Of a stretch of 64,000 nucleotides of DNA, positions 22,792 through 34,249 are shown piece by piece (positions within the stretch are counted from its first letter, which is position 1; every line of letters begins with the position of its first letter). Position numbers and translations under genes: made by a program. Under the pieces are notes generated by a model. It did not search any database. It was not told the origin of the DNA and saw only the letters and a program-made list of their open reading frames with translations. Origin of the DNA: an uncultured virus (IMG/VR IMGVR_UViG_3300033068_001295) (taxonomy: Duplodnaviria; Heunggongvirae; Uroviricota; Caudoviricetes); IMG/VR virus record IMGVR_UViG_3300033068_001295; one strand, 5' to 3'.

Positions 22792-24232
22792 TGGTAATAT
22801 CAGTATCAGACGGAAAATTAAATGTTTTTGATGGGTTAGTAACACATGAAATGAATATTCCAAAAAGAAAGGATATTTATTTAAATTGTGATTGTGGGTC
22901 TGAACTTTTCAGAGTTAGTAAGTGGGAAAATGAACCTGATGAGATATATTTAACATTGTATTCTTATCAAAGTGATAGATATAGTTTTTGGGAACGCCTT
23001 TCTATTTTATTCGGCGGAAAAACTAAAACAGCGGAGATTATATTAAGCCGAAAAGAATTAGACAAATTAAAAAAGTTTTAAAATATGGTCTTTAAAATAA
23101 ATCCAAACACGGTAACACGCATTAAGATATTTGATAAGCATGAGGGAATAACCTCTACATGGCATGGTATTATGAAATATAAATACATGCCTACATCTTA
23201 TTTTAAGTTCTTGTGGCTTTTTAAAACACCTATGGTAAATTACGAGGGTAAATACTATTTAAATGGTATCACTAAATGGATGCAGCCTACACTTGAAAAT
23301 CTATCAGAAGGACAGTTTGATGTTGGTGGCAGTATTTGGACTAAACCTAGAGTAGAGATTTTCGCGGGAAAAGAAATAAAAACAAAGTATTTTGAAAACC
23401 TAACAGAAGCAAATAATTGGGTTAAAAGAAATCTTCCTGATGTAAATATAGAGGTATGAATATCTTTTTATCCTTAATATGTACTATAATTGCCATACTA
23501 ATCGGTTTGGTCTTGTGTGGGCAATTTGATAGTGATAAAGACAATCCTTGGAAAATTAAAAAGTAAAAGATGCATATAAACTACCCAATATTAATTTCAA
23601 AAAGGTTATCTCTTTATGAGCTAACCATCTTACAATTAATTAAACAGAATAAAATAGATGATTTAAGCAAAGAAATAGAGCAAGAGATAAAAGGCACTCA
23701 AACAATAGAAAAATTGCTTAATATTGACTATATCGAGTTTATAAAAGGTAAGAAAGGACAATCTCAGTACCAAACTATAAGAACAACAAAATTAGGAAAT
23801 ACAGTTTTAGAAGATATAGAAACAGCAGAAATAAATACAGACGATATTGCTTTATTTGAGTGGTTGGAGAGTATTTATAAGTCCATGGATAAAGAGACGG
23901 GTAATAAAAGAAAATGTAAAAATTTTATTGCTCAGTTTAGAGCTAATTCAGGAATTTGCCGTAACCACCTCGCTTTTCTTTGTAAAACATTTATAGATGA
24001 TGAATCGCAAATGGAGTATTCTAATAAGTTAGAATTCCTATTTTTTAAAGGGGCTAATTTGTTTTCTACAAAATTTGATATTTATCAGTCGCGGTTATTT
24101 CAATATTATGATAAGAGAAAAGAGTACTTTGAATCAGAATTTTTAAAGATAAAAAACGATTAGTAACACAAAATTTTAACCTCAAAGAGAGTATTTAGGC
24201 TTAGAAACAACGGACGAGTTATTAAGATAATT

Positions 24233-25381
24233 ATGAACAAAGAAGAAATAGATTTACTTTTAACAGGAGAAAACAGAGAAGTTATTATTGCCCACACAGA
24301 TATTGTAAATCTACAAAGAAAATCAACTAGTTTACTAAAAACAGGCATTGACCATCTGGATAATTTTCTAATTGCAGGATTAACAAATAAGTTTGTATTC
24401 ATAGGAAGTAGACCTTCAATGGGTAAAACAACAAGTGCAGAAAAGATATTAACAAACCTCTTAAATTCTGAAATAAATCCTGATAAAAACATTTCTATTT
24501 TAAAGATGAACTTAGAAATGAGTACGCAGTCATTACTTTTGCGTGATTACAAAAAGGCACTCGGACGAGATATGAGGGATATTTTAGAAAGACCTTTTAG
24601 TACAACTGAAATTCCCATTATTCAAAAAGTTGTGGAAAAGCATAACGACAGTAGAATTATAAATTTTAGTAAAACCGTAAACGGAGATGATTTAAGATAT
24701 TTATTGAAAAGATTTGTAGACATTTCTAATTCTAAAGGATTAAAACAAAAGGTATGTATTGTAGACCACTTACATATATACCCTACTAAAAAGGAAATAG
24801 ACGAAGTTTTATTTATTTGCAATGAGGCTAAAATGGCTGACCCTTATTTATCTTTTATTTTCTATTTTCAGTTTGGGAGGAGCCTCGAAGAAATTTGGAG
24901 AGATACAAAAGATAAAAAAGCCAATCCAAAAACATTCCTACCTAATTCGAGTCATATTTACAACACAGATAGTTTAATGCAATATGGCTCTGTTGTTATG
25001 GGGCAAGTTATACCGCAAGTTGTCGATATGGAAGAGTATGCTTCAATTTATAAAGACAGAAACATTCATTTACAGGAGCATTTTCTGGAAGACAATCCAG
25101 ATAATAAAACTGTTAGATTAAAGGGCAGGAATAGAATATATTATAATTACATTAAAATTAGGGATTTGGATGATTTAGATACACCAAGATTATATTGTGA
25201 CATATTAAATCCAGAATATGAAGAGAAGGCTAATAAGATTATGGAAGAAAATAGAAACCCTTTTAAAACAATCGCACCAACATTTACAACACCTACATTC
25301 TCAGCACCAGAATCGCTTAGTAAGTTTGAACCGAGTTTCACAGATTTACAAAAATCCAAGGATAAAAACAGTCCTTTTTAA
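24233..25381 (+). CDS. DnaB-like (SF4) replicative helicase
   Basis: LKTGIDHLD, Walker A GSRPSMGKT, LEMS, Walker B IVDHLH. Confidence 0.8.
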   Translation: MNKEEIDLLLTGENREVIIAHTDIVNLQRKSTSLLKTGIDHLDNFLIAGLTNKFVFIGSRPSMGKTTSAEKILTNLLNSEINPDKNISILKMNLEMSTQSLLLRDYKKALGRDMRDILERPFSTTEIPIIQKVVEKHNDSRIINFSKTVNGDDLRYLLKRFVDISNSKGLKQKVCIVDHLHIYPTKKEIDEVLFICNEAKMADPYLSFIFYFQFGRSLEEIWRDTKDKKANPKTFLPNSSHIYNTDSLMQYGSVVMGQVIPQVVDMEEYASIYKDRNIHLQEHFLEDNPDNKTVRLKGRNRIYYNYIKIRDLDDLDTPRLYCDILNPEYEEKANKIMEENRNPFKTIAPTFTTPTFSAPESLSKFEPSFTDLQKSKDKNSPF

Positions 25382-26626
25382 AAATAATTAGTGAAATACT
25401 TGCGTGTTTCACTTTTTTGTTTTATATTTGTCAAGTAAAAACAAATCGAAGTAATGCTTCGGGGATTATTAACCAATAAAATAGAGAAGTGATGACAGAC
25501 TTTACAGAAAAGGCACAAAATTACCAGTTATTCCGATTGGGACTAAATTCAAATGGTTTCATAACGGAGAATTTAAAGAGCCGTGCGCGGGTAATAAAAA
25601 CGGAACTAATAATGAATATTCAGATTTTATTAGTTTTGGCAGTTACGTTCACAACAATAAAAAATATGTTATTTGCGACTATAAAGAAGACCAAAATTCC
25701 AATCTCAGATTTCTCATCGAACTATCCACAATTGAACGCCTCGCAAAAGAACAAGGGATGTGTAATACTAACAACAATCAAATGAAAACACAAGTAACAT
25801 TAAACGACAACGGAGATGTAACCGTAACCGAAAATAACACAACCACTATTCACAGCAAAGAAACCGCCTTGCAGATTTATGAGGTTGTGAAAGCTGATTT
25901 GGAGAAGCCTAAGTTGGAAGAAATAACTTATGGAAGATGGTATCAAAATAAAACTTCGCCACAAATTATTGTTTTTTACGAAAAAGATGACCGTGTTTTT
26001 GGAGCAGTTGGATACGGTTTTGATGTTGACGCTAGGTTTGGGCATGCAAATAATTGGAATTTAAAATCGTTTAAAGAAGATTGGCAACCCGCATCCCCTG
26101 AAACAGTCGAAACCGCATTGAGGAATGAGTTTATTCGATTGGGCGGTAAAGTTGGGGCGAAAGTAGAGTGTTTGAGCTACCAAACAACTGGAACAGTTTC
26201 AGAAATGAAATTTGAATATTATAAAACAGGTGATTTATGGGTAAAATGTGAGAATAATAGAATGAGAAAAATATTCCAAAACGGCAAATGGGCAACCATC
26301 ATCCAACCCGAAACAATATCAATTCAAGAAGCGGAGAAAAGACTAGATTGTAAAATAGATAAAAATTTGTAGGATATGAATCCAAAAAGACAAATAGAGT
26401 TATCACACAAATTAATAACTTTGAATTTCTTATTACAAGATTGTTTAGACGAACTTAATCCAAGTACGGCGGAAATAAAAGAATACAAAGAAAACTTAAT
26501 AAAACTAACAGAACTGTTATCTAATTCAGTAGCAGATACAACAGCAGTTTTAAACACAACATATTTTCAAGATTTAAGTAATAAAGTAGACACAATAATA
26601 AGAAAGAATTTAAATAAAGAAATGTA

Positions 26627-27583
26627 ATGAATCAGACAATTAAAAAAGTTAATCAAGAACAAGTATTGTTTTTTGATTTAGGAGTTGTACGTAAAAACAA
26701 AGAGTTAGATGTTGATTCTAGGGAGTACACTTTATTTCGCAAAAAACTAAGAAATAAGGAAACAGATGAATTGTTACCACAAGAGGAAATCTTGGAGCAA
26801 TATAATAGAAAAGGAGCTTTAAAGATGTGTTACATGAAAGTTGTATCTGTGGGGGTTGGGTTTATTAAAGATAATGTAGTACATATTAAAGCTTTAGAAG
26901 GGGACGAGGAAAGTATATTAAGGCAGTTTTGTACCATAGCAAATTCCTTTGATTATGTTGCGGGTGCAAATATTTTAGCTTACGATTTACCTGTAATAGC
27001 TGTTAATGGAATGAAATACTTTGATGTACCCTCAAACCTTGTTGATAGGTTTATTACGGGCGGAAAAAAACCTTGGAATTTGGATAGATGTTTAGACTTA
27101 ATGGATATTTTTCGTGGCACACATTACGCAAATACCTCAGTAGATGAAATGTGTTATCATTTTGACTTACCATCACCTAAATCTGAAATAGAGGGTAGCC
27201 AAGTTTCAGAAGAATATTGGAACAACGGTTTAGAAAAAATCAACAAGTATGTAAAAGAAGACGTATTTGCAAACATTAATATATTCAAAAAAATGCGTTT
27301 TGAAGAACCCTTTGAAACATTTCTTGATAAGAATGAATCTACGTTTGTAGAACCTTTCGTAGAAGAACTTCCTTTATTACAAAAAATATACACGTCAGGT
27401 AAATTATCGAACACAATTAAAGAGGAAATTAAAGCTTTAATTGATGATAGTGCCCCCACAGCAGAAGATAAAGAAAATTTAAAAAAGATCTTATTATCAA
27501 ATTACCAACAAAAAGGAGATAAAGTGGGAGTAAAAAAGCAAAAAGAAAAAGAAGTTAACGAATTTATAGATACATTATGCTAA
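26627..27583 (+). CDS. PolB-type 3'-5' exonuclease-like protein
   Basis: LFFDLGV, GANILAYDLP, KPW..DRCLDLM, KYVKEDV. Confidence 0.7.
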   Translation: MNQTIKKVNQEQVLFFDLGVVRKNKELDVDSREYTLFRKKLRNKETDELLPQEEILEQYNRKGALKMCYMKVVSVGVGFIKDNVVHIKALEGDEESILRQFCTIANSFDYVAGANILAYDLPVIAVNGMKYFDVPSNLVDRFITGGKKPWNLDRCLDLMDIFRGTHYANTSVDEMCYHFDLPSPKSEIEGSQVSEEYWNNGLEKINKYVKEDVFANINIFKKMRFEEPFETFLDKNESTFVEPFVEELPLLQKIYTSGKLSNTIKEEIKALIDDSAPTAEDKENLKKILLSNYQQKGDKVGVKKQKEKEVNEFIDTLC

Positions 27584-28365
27584 TATTACCAGGAGTCTAC
27601 ACGGAAGAAATTTGGAAAAGAGGTGGTTCAAATCCACAACACAAAAAATTTATAGGGAAGTATTACGTTTCATGGAGTCAAGTGGAATCTTTCAATGATA
27701 AAAACGGGTTCAATACAGGACTACTAGGAGAGTATGAATACATTTTAAATAAGTTTTGTGGAGTTAAGTTTCCAGAGGTCGGATGGGGGGATTTTGGAAG
27801 CGAGACCGAAGCGTATATAACTTTAAGAAGTCAGGCAGACCTTTCTAACATAGAAGAAAAAGTCCAAGAAGAGTTTGAAAAAGCTAAGATAAGTTTTACC
27901 GCAAAAGAAAAAGAAGTCTTAGAAAAAATAGAACCGTTAGGGGTATTTCAGACAGAGATTTGTTATTATATTAAAGAAATAGATATTTTAGTTTTGGGGT
28001 ACGTAGATGACCATTCTCCCGTTGTAGAAGGTACTATTGAAATGCTAAGAGATTATAAAACAAAGTCTGAATCTTCTAAAAAAGATTTGCACGATAACAA
28101 AAAACACCAAATTGAATTGTATGTTTTAGGATTAAGACAACAAGGATATGAAGTTAAAAATGCTGAATATTGTATTATTGAGAGGTTTGGTGGCAAGGAG
28201 TGTATGAATGGTGGGGGTAGAGAGTCTTTATCTATTGGAGATAGAATTTGGTATGAAAAGTACAAATGGGATGAAGAAAGGTTAAAAGTCACTCACCAAA
28301 TGATTATAGACACAGCGATTAAGATTTCAAGTCTGTACAAAACTTATTTAAAATATTTCAAATAA
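27577..28365 (+). CDS. PD-(D/E)XK nuclease (RecB/Cas4-like)
   Basis: GYVDD...RDYKT...HQIELY. Confidence 0.7.
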   Translation: MLILPGVYTEEIWKRGGSNPQHKKFIGKYYVSWSQVESFNDKNGFNTGLLGEYEYILNKFCGVKFPEVGWGDFGSETEAYITLRSQADLSNIEEKVQEEFEKAKISFTAKEKEVLEKIEPLGVFQTEICYYIKEIDILVLGYVDDHSPVVEGTIEMLRDYKTKSESSKKDLHDNKKHQIELYVLGLRQQGYEVKNAEYCIIERFGGKECMNGGGRESLSIGDRIWYEKYKWDEERLKVTHQMIIDTAIKISSLYKTYLKYFK

Positions 28366-29055
28366 TATTTGGCAGTGTAAATTAAATGTTGTATGTTTGC
28401 TGAGGAATAAGGAAAGTAAGGCACTGTTTTAAAAATAACAAGCTTGTACAGAATTCTTAAATAAGAAGTAGCGTTAAGATTATTTTCTTTTTATTCTTTT
28501 TGCGGGCAACGTTCTTAAACGTATTACAGAAAAATTTAAATTAAAAATTATGACATTACAAGAGTTTTTATTCAGTTTTACATTTGTGTTTGGAGTATTG
28601 TATTTACTTTCTCATACACCTTTATTTACTAAATCACTAGAAACTTTTACGGAATCTTTAGTTTATAAAATAAATAATTTTTGGAAATTGGTAGGGTATT
28701 GGGTATTTTATTTATCTCTTTTTTATCAGTCTTTATTTTGGGCGAAATACCTTAATATTTTATAAAATTAAAAAAAGAAACAAGTATGAGCACAATTAAT
28801 AAGAGTATAAAAACAATACTCTCATGGGAAGATATAGCCCTGATAGCTGTTACTTTTGGTAATTACCAAAGTTTATACAAAGACAGATTAGACGAAGAGT
28901 TTATAAAGCGAGGTACTAGTCTTGTAAATAGGTTAGGTGCAGAAATGAGTGCATACCCTAAAAAAGATTTTACTAAAAAATAATTGCTGTAATAAAGAGG
29001 GTTTGGTGGTTTGGTAACTAATGTCTTATCTTGGAGTTACTATTACAGTTTTTAA

Positions 29056-29132
29056 GGTCTCGTATCTCCTCGCACTCATAATGCGTAGAAAGGGTAATTG
29101 GTTACATGACAGTTCGAGTCTGTCCGAGACCA
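29056..29132 (+). tRNA. atypical D-arm-less tRNA-like RNA, anticodon CAT
   Basis: Acceptor GGTCTCG/CGAGACC+A; T-arm GACAG-TTCGAGT-CTGTC; anticodon arm CGCA-CTCATAA-TGCG (CAT at 29077-29079); no D-arm; extra hairpin GTAA-TTGG-TTAC. Confidence 0.7.
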
Positions 29133-30258
29133 CAAATCAACGATGTCAACTAATTGTAGTATCTACAATTGCTATGAGTCAAACATAGAGGCTATTTATA
29201 GCTAGGAGTTAAAGAGGTAACAGCTCGGATTTTAAACCTTAAAAAACTACTGCTTTGAAATAATGTAGATTGAGAATATAGCTTGCTATGTTTAGATACC
29301 TCAACCATTTGGATAAGTTTTAGTGCGTGATGATATTTTTTAGCTACGGCGGAAATTTTTTGATTCACTTTTTAAATATATTACTATGGAAGATTATCAG
29401 GAAGTTAGTTTGAACAAGTTTAGAGAGGTGATTATTTTTTCCTTTTTGTTCTTTACTTTTTTATCGGGCGAAATTATTAGAACAAATGAATTTTGTAGTT
29501 TTGTAAAAATTCGGCAAGAAAAGATTAAATACAGATGGTTAAGATTTGATGACGGTTGGTCTTATATGTTTTATTGGGCGGGATGGTTATATAAATGGAG
29601 AAAAGTATAAAGTATTATGAGCAGATTTGATTATCCACATACATGTCCAGAAATAGATAAGAACATAAAAAGTTTTAAAGATGAGCTACATAACGGTTTG
29701 CTTGATATAGTAGGAGACTGTTGTCCTATGCTAGAGGGAGAACAACTTACAAAATTTATAGAACAATATGTTTCTCAAATTTATGACAGGTGTTCAGATA
29801 TATTTGAAAATGTACGAACCTGTAATGAGAATATTAGAAAAGGTGCCGAAAGACAATTAGAAGATGTTGAAAATGAAAATTCAGACTTAAAAGCAGAGTT
29901 AGATTATGCAAACACTAAAATAGAAGATTTAGAGTCATCGGTGGTCTGTTTAGAGAGTGAAATAGAGGATTTAGAAACAAGATTAAAAGATTTATAATGA
30001 AAAAACTAATAACAACACTACTTATAGCAACATTAATAAGTTGTTCAACAGAAAGTAGCAACAGAACAGCAAATACAGATTGTAACTGTATAGAAGTAAG
30101 AGAATATGCACTACAAAGTGAAAACTATGAAACGTGGTCTCAAATCTCAATAAGAGAGACAGACTATTCTTGTAGTATGGATAATTATACAGAGTTTTTA
30201 ACTCAGTATTTTAATCCAACTATTAATGATGTTGTGCGTGAACGTATAAGAATTAGTT

Positions 30259-30753
30259 GTGAATAACGACGGTATTTTTAAGCAACTGCCTGAGATAAGA
30301 AAAAATGGCAGTTTATATGAATGCATAAGAGAATTAATAGATAAAACCTTATCTAATAACGGTTTGCGTATAAAAAAAGCGTTTCAATGTTTTTTATACG
30401 CTGTTATAAGTATGTATTATTTTTGTTTTACCGATTAAAAAATATAATTATGGACTGTCAAAGACCAACAAAAAATGAAGAAACTGGTAAATGGGAAGTT
30501 TGGGATTTCGCTTATGAAGAAAATGGTGAAAGATATTATGAACTTCACGAGTTTTGGAAATATAAGGATGCTATTGAATTTTGGAAAATAAGAAACCCAA
30601 AACAAAAATAATATTACTTATAACTTAAATGTATTTACTGTTAAACATAACATAAGCGTTTTACCTAATGGTGAATATTATATGGAAGGTAAAAGAGTAG
30701 AAAAAGAGCAAATTTTTAAAGTGTTTAAACTAAGAAATTATGGAAATAAGTGA
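30259..30753 (+). pseudogene. 76-aa gene interrupted by a solo cassette at TAAC
   Basis: Removing 30361-30624 gives one ORF VNNDGIFKQ...KTLSNN|LNVFTVKH...RNYGNK*, overlapping both neighbouring genes as expected for phage gene packing. Confidence 0.75.
30361..30624 (+). mobile_element. solo integron-like cassette carrying ORF 30450..30611
   Basis: Short hairpin 30357-30406; ends GTTATAAGTATGTATTATTTTTG / CAAAAATAATATTACTTATAAC. Confidence 0.85.
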
Positions 30754-32065
30754 TAAAGTACAAGAGGCAGAATTTGATATAAATAAAAACTTAATAATAA
30801 GATATAAAAAAGGAGCAGGTTTTTATTTTTTAAAAAAAGTAAATGAACAATGGGAATCCCATACAAAAAGTTTCTGCGCAAACCCCTTAGCAATAGGTTT
30901 TAAAGAGCAATATGGCTTTGGTTTTAAAGACATCAAACCTTTCTTATTTGAAACTTTTGATAGTTGTCTCAAAGCGTCAAGAAGTTCTAAAGAGCAACCT
31001 TATTGGGAGTATAATCAATCAACACACCTAAAATATGGAAGTACCATAATGAGAAAAGAAAACCTTGAAAAAACTTTAAGAACGATTTTAAAAGGTTTTT
31101 TAAAATAGACAAAAATGCAAATAACAGACTACATAAATTGGAAAGAAATTTATAGAAAGGTAAGAAAAAACCATCTTAAAGAGTATCCAACAGCAAAGCA
31201 CTACACTGAATACTTAATTTCATTTGAAGAGCCTCATCACTACGTAAAAGACCTTTACGAAGCATTGAACCAAGATTTCTCGGATTTTGATACACCAAGT
31301 TCAGATAATTATGATGATAGTATATTAATTAAATATCTATCAGAAAAGCAGTTGTATTTAGAACTTTCTGTCGGTGGAAATAATGCTACAGAAAATGGAG
31401 ATGATTATTGGGGCTATGGATATGGTTTTACAATAGATTTAGATACAGAACTTTTTGTTGGGTATGATTTTGAAAACTACAGTTGATATGAAAATAACAA
31501 AGGAACAGTTAAATCAAGTTGGGTTATGGCAGTATCCTAAACAACCACATTTATTTGGTGAGTGGGAAGATATTGCATTTAATCAAAAAACAAATGAACT
31601 ATTTTATCACAGTTGTGTAGACGGAAGCTTAGACTTATACAGAAAAGTAAAAGATTTTGAAGATTTAAAAGAAGCCTTATATTATGGATTTTCTCATTAT
31701 TGGAAAGAGGATTAATCTGCCCGCAAAAAAAACTAAAAAATGAAAAGAATTTACATGAAAGCCACCCTATCTCTACTCTTAACAAGTAAGACAGAAGAAA
31801 CACAGAGTCTAATAAGTTCAGGAACGGTAAAAGAATTAGAAGGATTTGAACCATATTTAGTTATAGAAGATGAGTAAAGAACACTACAGTTATAAAGGCA
31901 AAGACTACTACATACAAGAAAAAGTAGAGCTGAAAAATCCCGAAACTAGAAAATGGCAAACAGCTTACATATATGTTCAAGTAGGTAGCGGATTAAAGTT
32001 TTGTAGAGAGATAAGAGATTTCAAAAGATTATTTATATTTGAGGGGTTTATAAAAGAATAATTAA

Positions 32066-34072
32066 ATGATTAATTTAGATAATGTTCTAGTAGGAGATAT
32101 TGAGAGTATTGGATACCTTGAAGAACTGAATTCTTTTGAAGATTTGCATGTATTTTCATGTGGGTATAAGTCTGAGGGAAGTTGGAGTATAAAATCTACT
32201 AACAAGAAAGAAGATATTCAAAAAGTTGTTGGTAATCCAAACAACACAATAGTTTTTCACAATGGAATTTCTTATGATAAGCCTGCACTAATTAGGATGG
32301 GGATAGATTTTAAAGCCCATATTATTGATACTCTTGCAATAAGCTACTATTTGTACAGCGAGAGGGACAAACATGGTTTAGAATCTTGGGGTGAATTTTT
32401 CAATGTGCCAAAACCTAAAATAGAAAATTGGAAGAATCTTACTTTTGAACAGTACAAAGAACGCTGTGAAGAAGATGTAAAAATTAATACTAATCTTTGG
32501 GTTATGATGCTCTCTTATTTAAGAGAGTTATATGATAGCAACGATGAACTTATAATAAAAACTATTAATTATTTAAATCATAAGGCAGAGATGCTTTATA
32601 TACAAGACCAAAACCCCGTTTTAATAGATGTAGAACAGTGTGATAAAAATATAGTATACCTAGAGGGCATAATAGCAGATAAAGAGACTCAATTAACATC
32701 TGTTATGCCAAAAATACCTGTAAAAGCTAAGAGAACAAAACCAAAGAATTTGTACAAAAAGGATGGGAGTTTAAGTGAAGCAGGTACAAAATGGAAGAGA
32801 TTAACAGATGGATGCAGTTTGCCACTAGAATATGATAACACTATTCTTGAAATTATAGGCTACGAAGAGCCAAATTGTCAGAGCCCCACGCAAATGAAAG
32901 ATTTTCTACTAGCTAAAGGTTGGATTCCTACTATTTACAAAGATGGAGCGAATGGTAAAGTAGCACAACTAAGGGATGATGAAAAAAATTTATGCCCTGG
33001 CATACAAAAATTGGCGGAAGAACTACCCGAATTAAACGCTCTTCTAGGACTCTCTCGTGCCCAACATAGATTAGGATACTTGAAATCCTTTAAAAAGCAC
33101 ACAAATAAAGATGGGTACGCAAAGGCTTGGGCACATGCCTATACTCGGACATTGCGATTAAAACACTCTGCACCATTTGTAAATCTTCCTAAACCCAACA
33201 CTGAATACGGAGAATTGGTTAGAAGTGTTATGATAGCTCCTAAAGGTTACAAATGTATAGGGGCAGATTTAAGTAGTATTGAAGACAAATGTAAACAAAT
33301 CTCTATTTATAGTTTAGATAAGGAATATGTTGAATCTATGAATTCAAAAGGTTGGGATGCACACTTAGCACTTGGGCTTAAAGCAGGGATGTTTACAGAA
33401 GATGAAGTTCAATTTTACAAATGGTACAAAAATTTAGGTAAAGAAGATAACACATATACTTGCCCTGAATCACTAGCGAATCTAACAGCGGATGAAAAAG
33501 AACACGCTTTTCATATTTTAGATAAGAAAAGGGCAGTAAGTAAAACAGGAAATTACGCTCTGACTTATGGTTGTGGGGTTGCTAAACTCATGGAGTCCAC
33601 GGAGTTACCTAAAAAAGAAGCTACGGCATTGCACAAAGGATACCATGACATAAATTGGAGTGTTAAGAAATTTGCAGAGACAAGAATAGCTAAGAAAGTA
33701 AAAGGTAGAAATTGGTTGAGATTAAATAAAAAAGTGGGTGGTTTGCAAGAAGTAGATGAGACTGTATGGATTTGGAATGAGTATACAAATCTGTGGCTAC
33801 TTTTAAAAAATGATAAAGACCGTTTTAGCAGTTGTAATCAAAATTTTGGGGTTAAAGTATTTGATACATGGAGCTACTTTTTGATGCAAGAGGGTATTAA
33901 ATTTTCATATCAAGCGCATGATGAACAATTTTGGTATTGCCCTGAAAATGAAGTAGATAAGCATATTGAAATCATCAAAAGAGCGATAAAAAAAACTAAT
34001 AAAGTATTTAACCCGCCTATTCCATTAGAGTGTGATTTTAAGATAGGGGAAAATTATGCGAAAGTCCACTAA
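32066..34072 (+). CDS. polA: family A DNA polymerase with 3'-5' exonuclease
   Basis: ExoI DIE, ExoII HNGISYD, motif A ADLSSIE, motif B RAVSKTGNYALTYG (Tyr at the E. coli 762-equivalent position, as in T7), motif C AHDE. Confidence 0.92.
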   Translation: MINLDNVLVGDIESIGYLEELNSFEDLHVFSCGYKSEGSWSIKSTNKKEDIQKVVGNPNNTIVFHNGISYDKPALIRMGIDFKAHIIDTLAISYYLYSERDKHGLESWGEFFNVPKPKIENWKNLTFEQYKERCEEDVKINTNLWVMMLSYLRELYDSNDELIIKTINYLNHKAEMLYIQDQNPVLIDVEQCDKNIVYLEGIIADKETQLTSVMPKIPVKAKRTKPKNLYKKDGSLSEAGTKWKRLTDGCSLPLEYDNTILEIIGYEEPNCQSPTQMKDFLLAKGWIPTIYKDGANGKVAQLRDDEKNLCPGIQKLAEELPELNALLGLSRAQHRLGYLKSFKKHTNKDGYAKAWAHAYTRTLRLKHSAPFVNLPKPNTEYGELVRSVMIAPKGYKCIGADLSSIEDKCKQISIYSLDKEYVESMNSKGWDAHLALGLKAGMFTEDEVQFYKWYKNLGKEDNTYTCPESLANLTADEKEHAFHILDKKRAVSKTGNYALTYGCGVAKLMESTELPKKEATALHKGYHDINWSVKKFAETRIAKKVKGRNWLRLNKKVGGLQEVDETVWIWNEYTNLWLLLKNDKDRFSSCNQNFGVKVFDTWSYFLMQEGIKFSYQAHDEQFWYCPENEVDKHIEIIKRAIKKTNKVFNPPIPLECDFKIGENYAKVH

Positions 34073-34249
34073 ATCACAAATAATTTTATCTTTTTGGTAG
34101 ATTATAATCAATGCTGTATATTAGTGTTTTGATTTTACATGCAGGTTTAATTGAAAAAATTAGATATATAAGAAATGATAAATAGTTGAAGACTTGTCTG
34201 ATTCCTCTGCATGGGATGGCTGACGAGTTTTCGGAGTTTATAGGATAAG

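Noticed and set aside
27577..28365. Cas4 of a CRISPR system
   Set aside because: No cas operon or array, and no clear four-Cys cluster; ordinary phage PD-(D/E)XK nuclease
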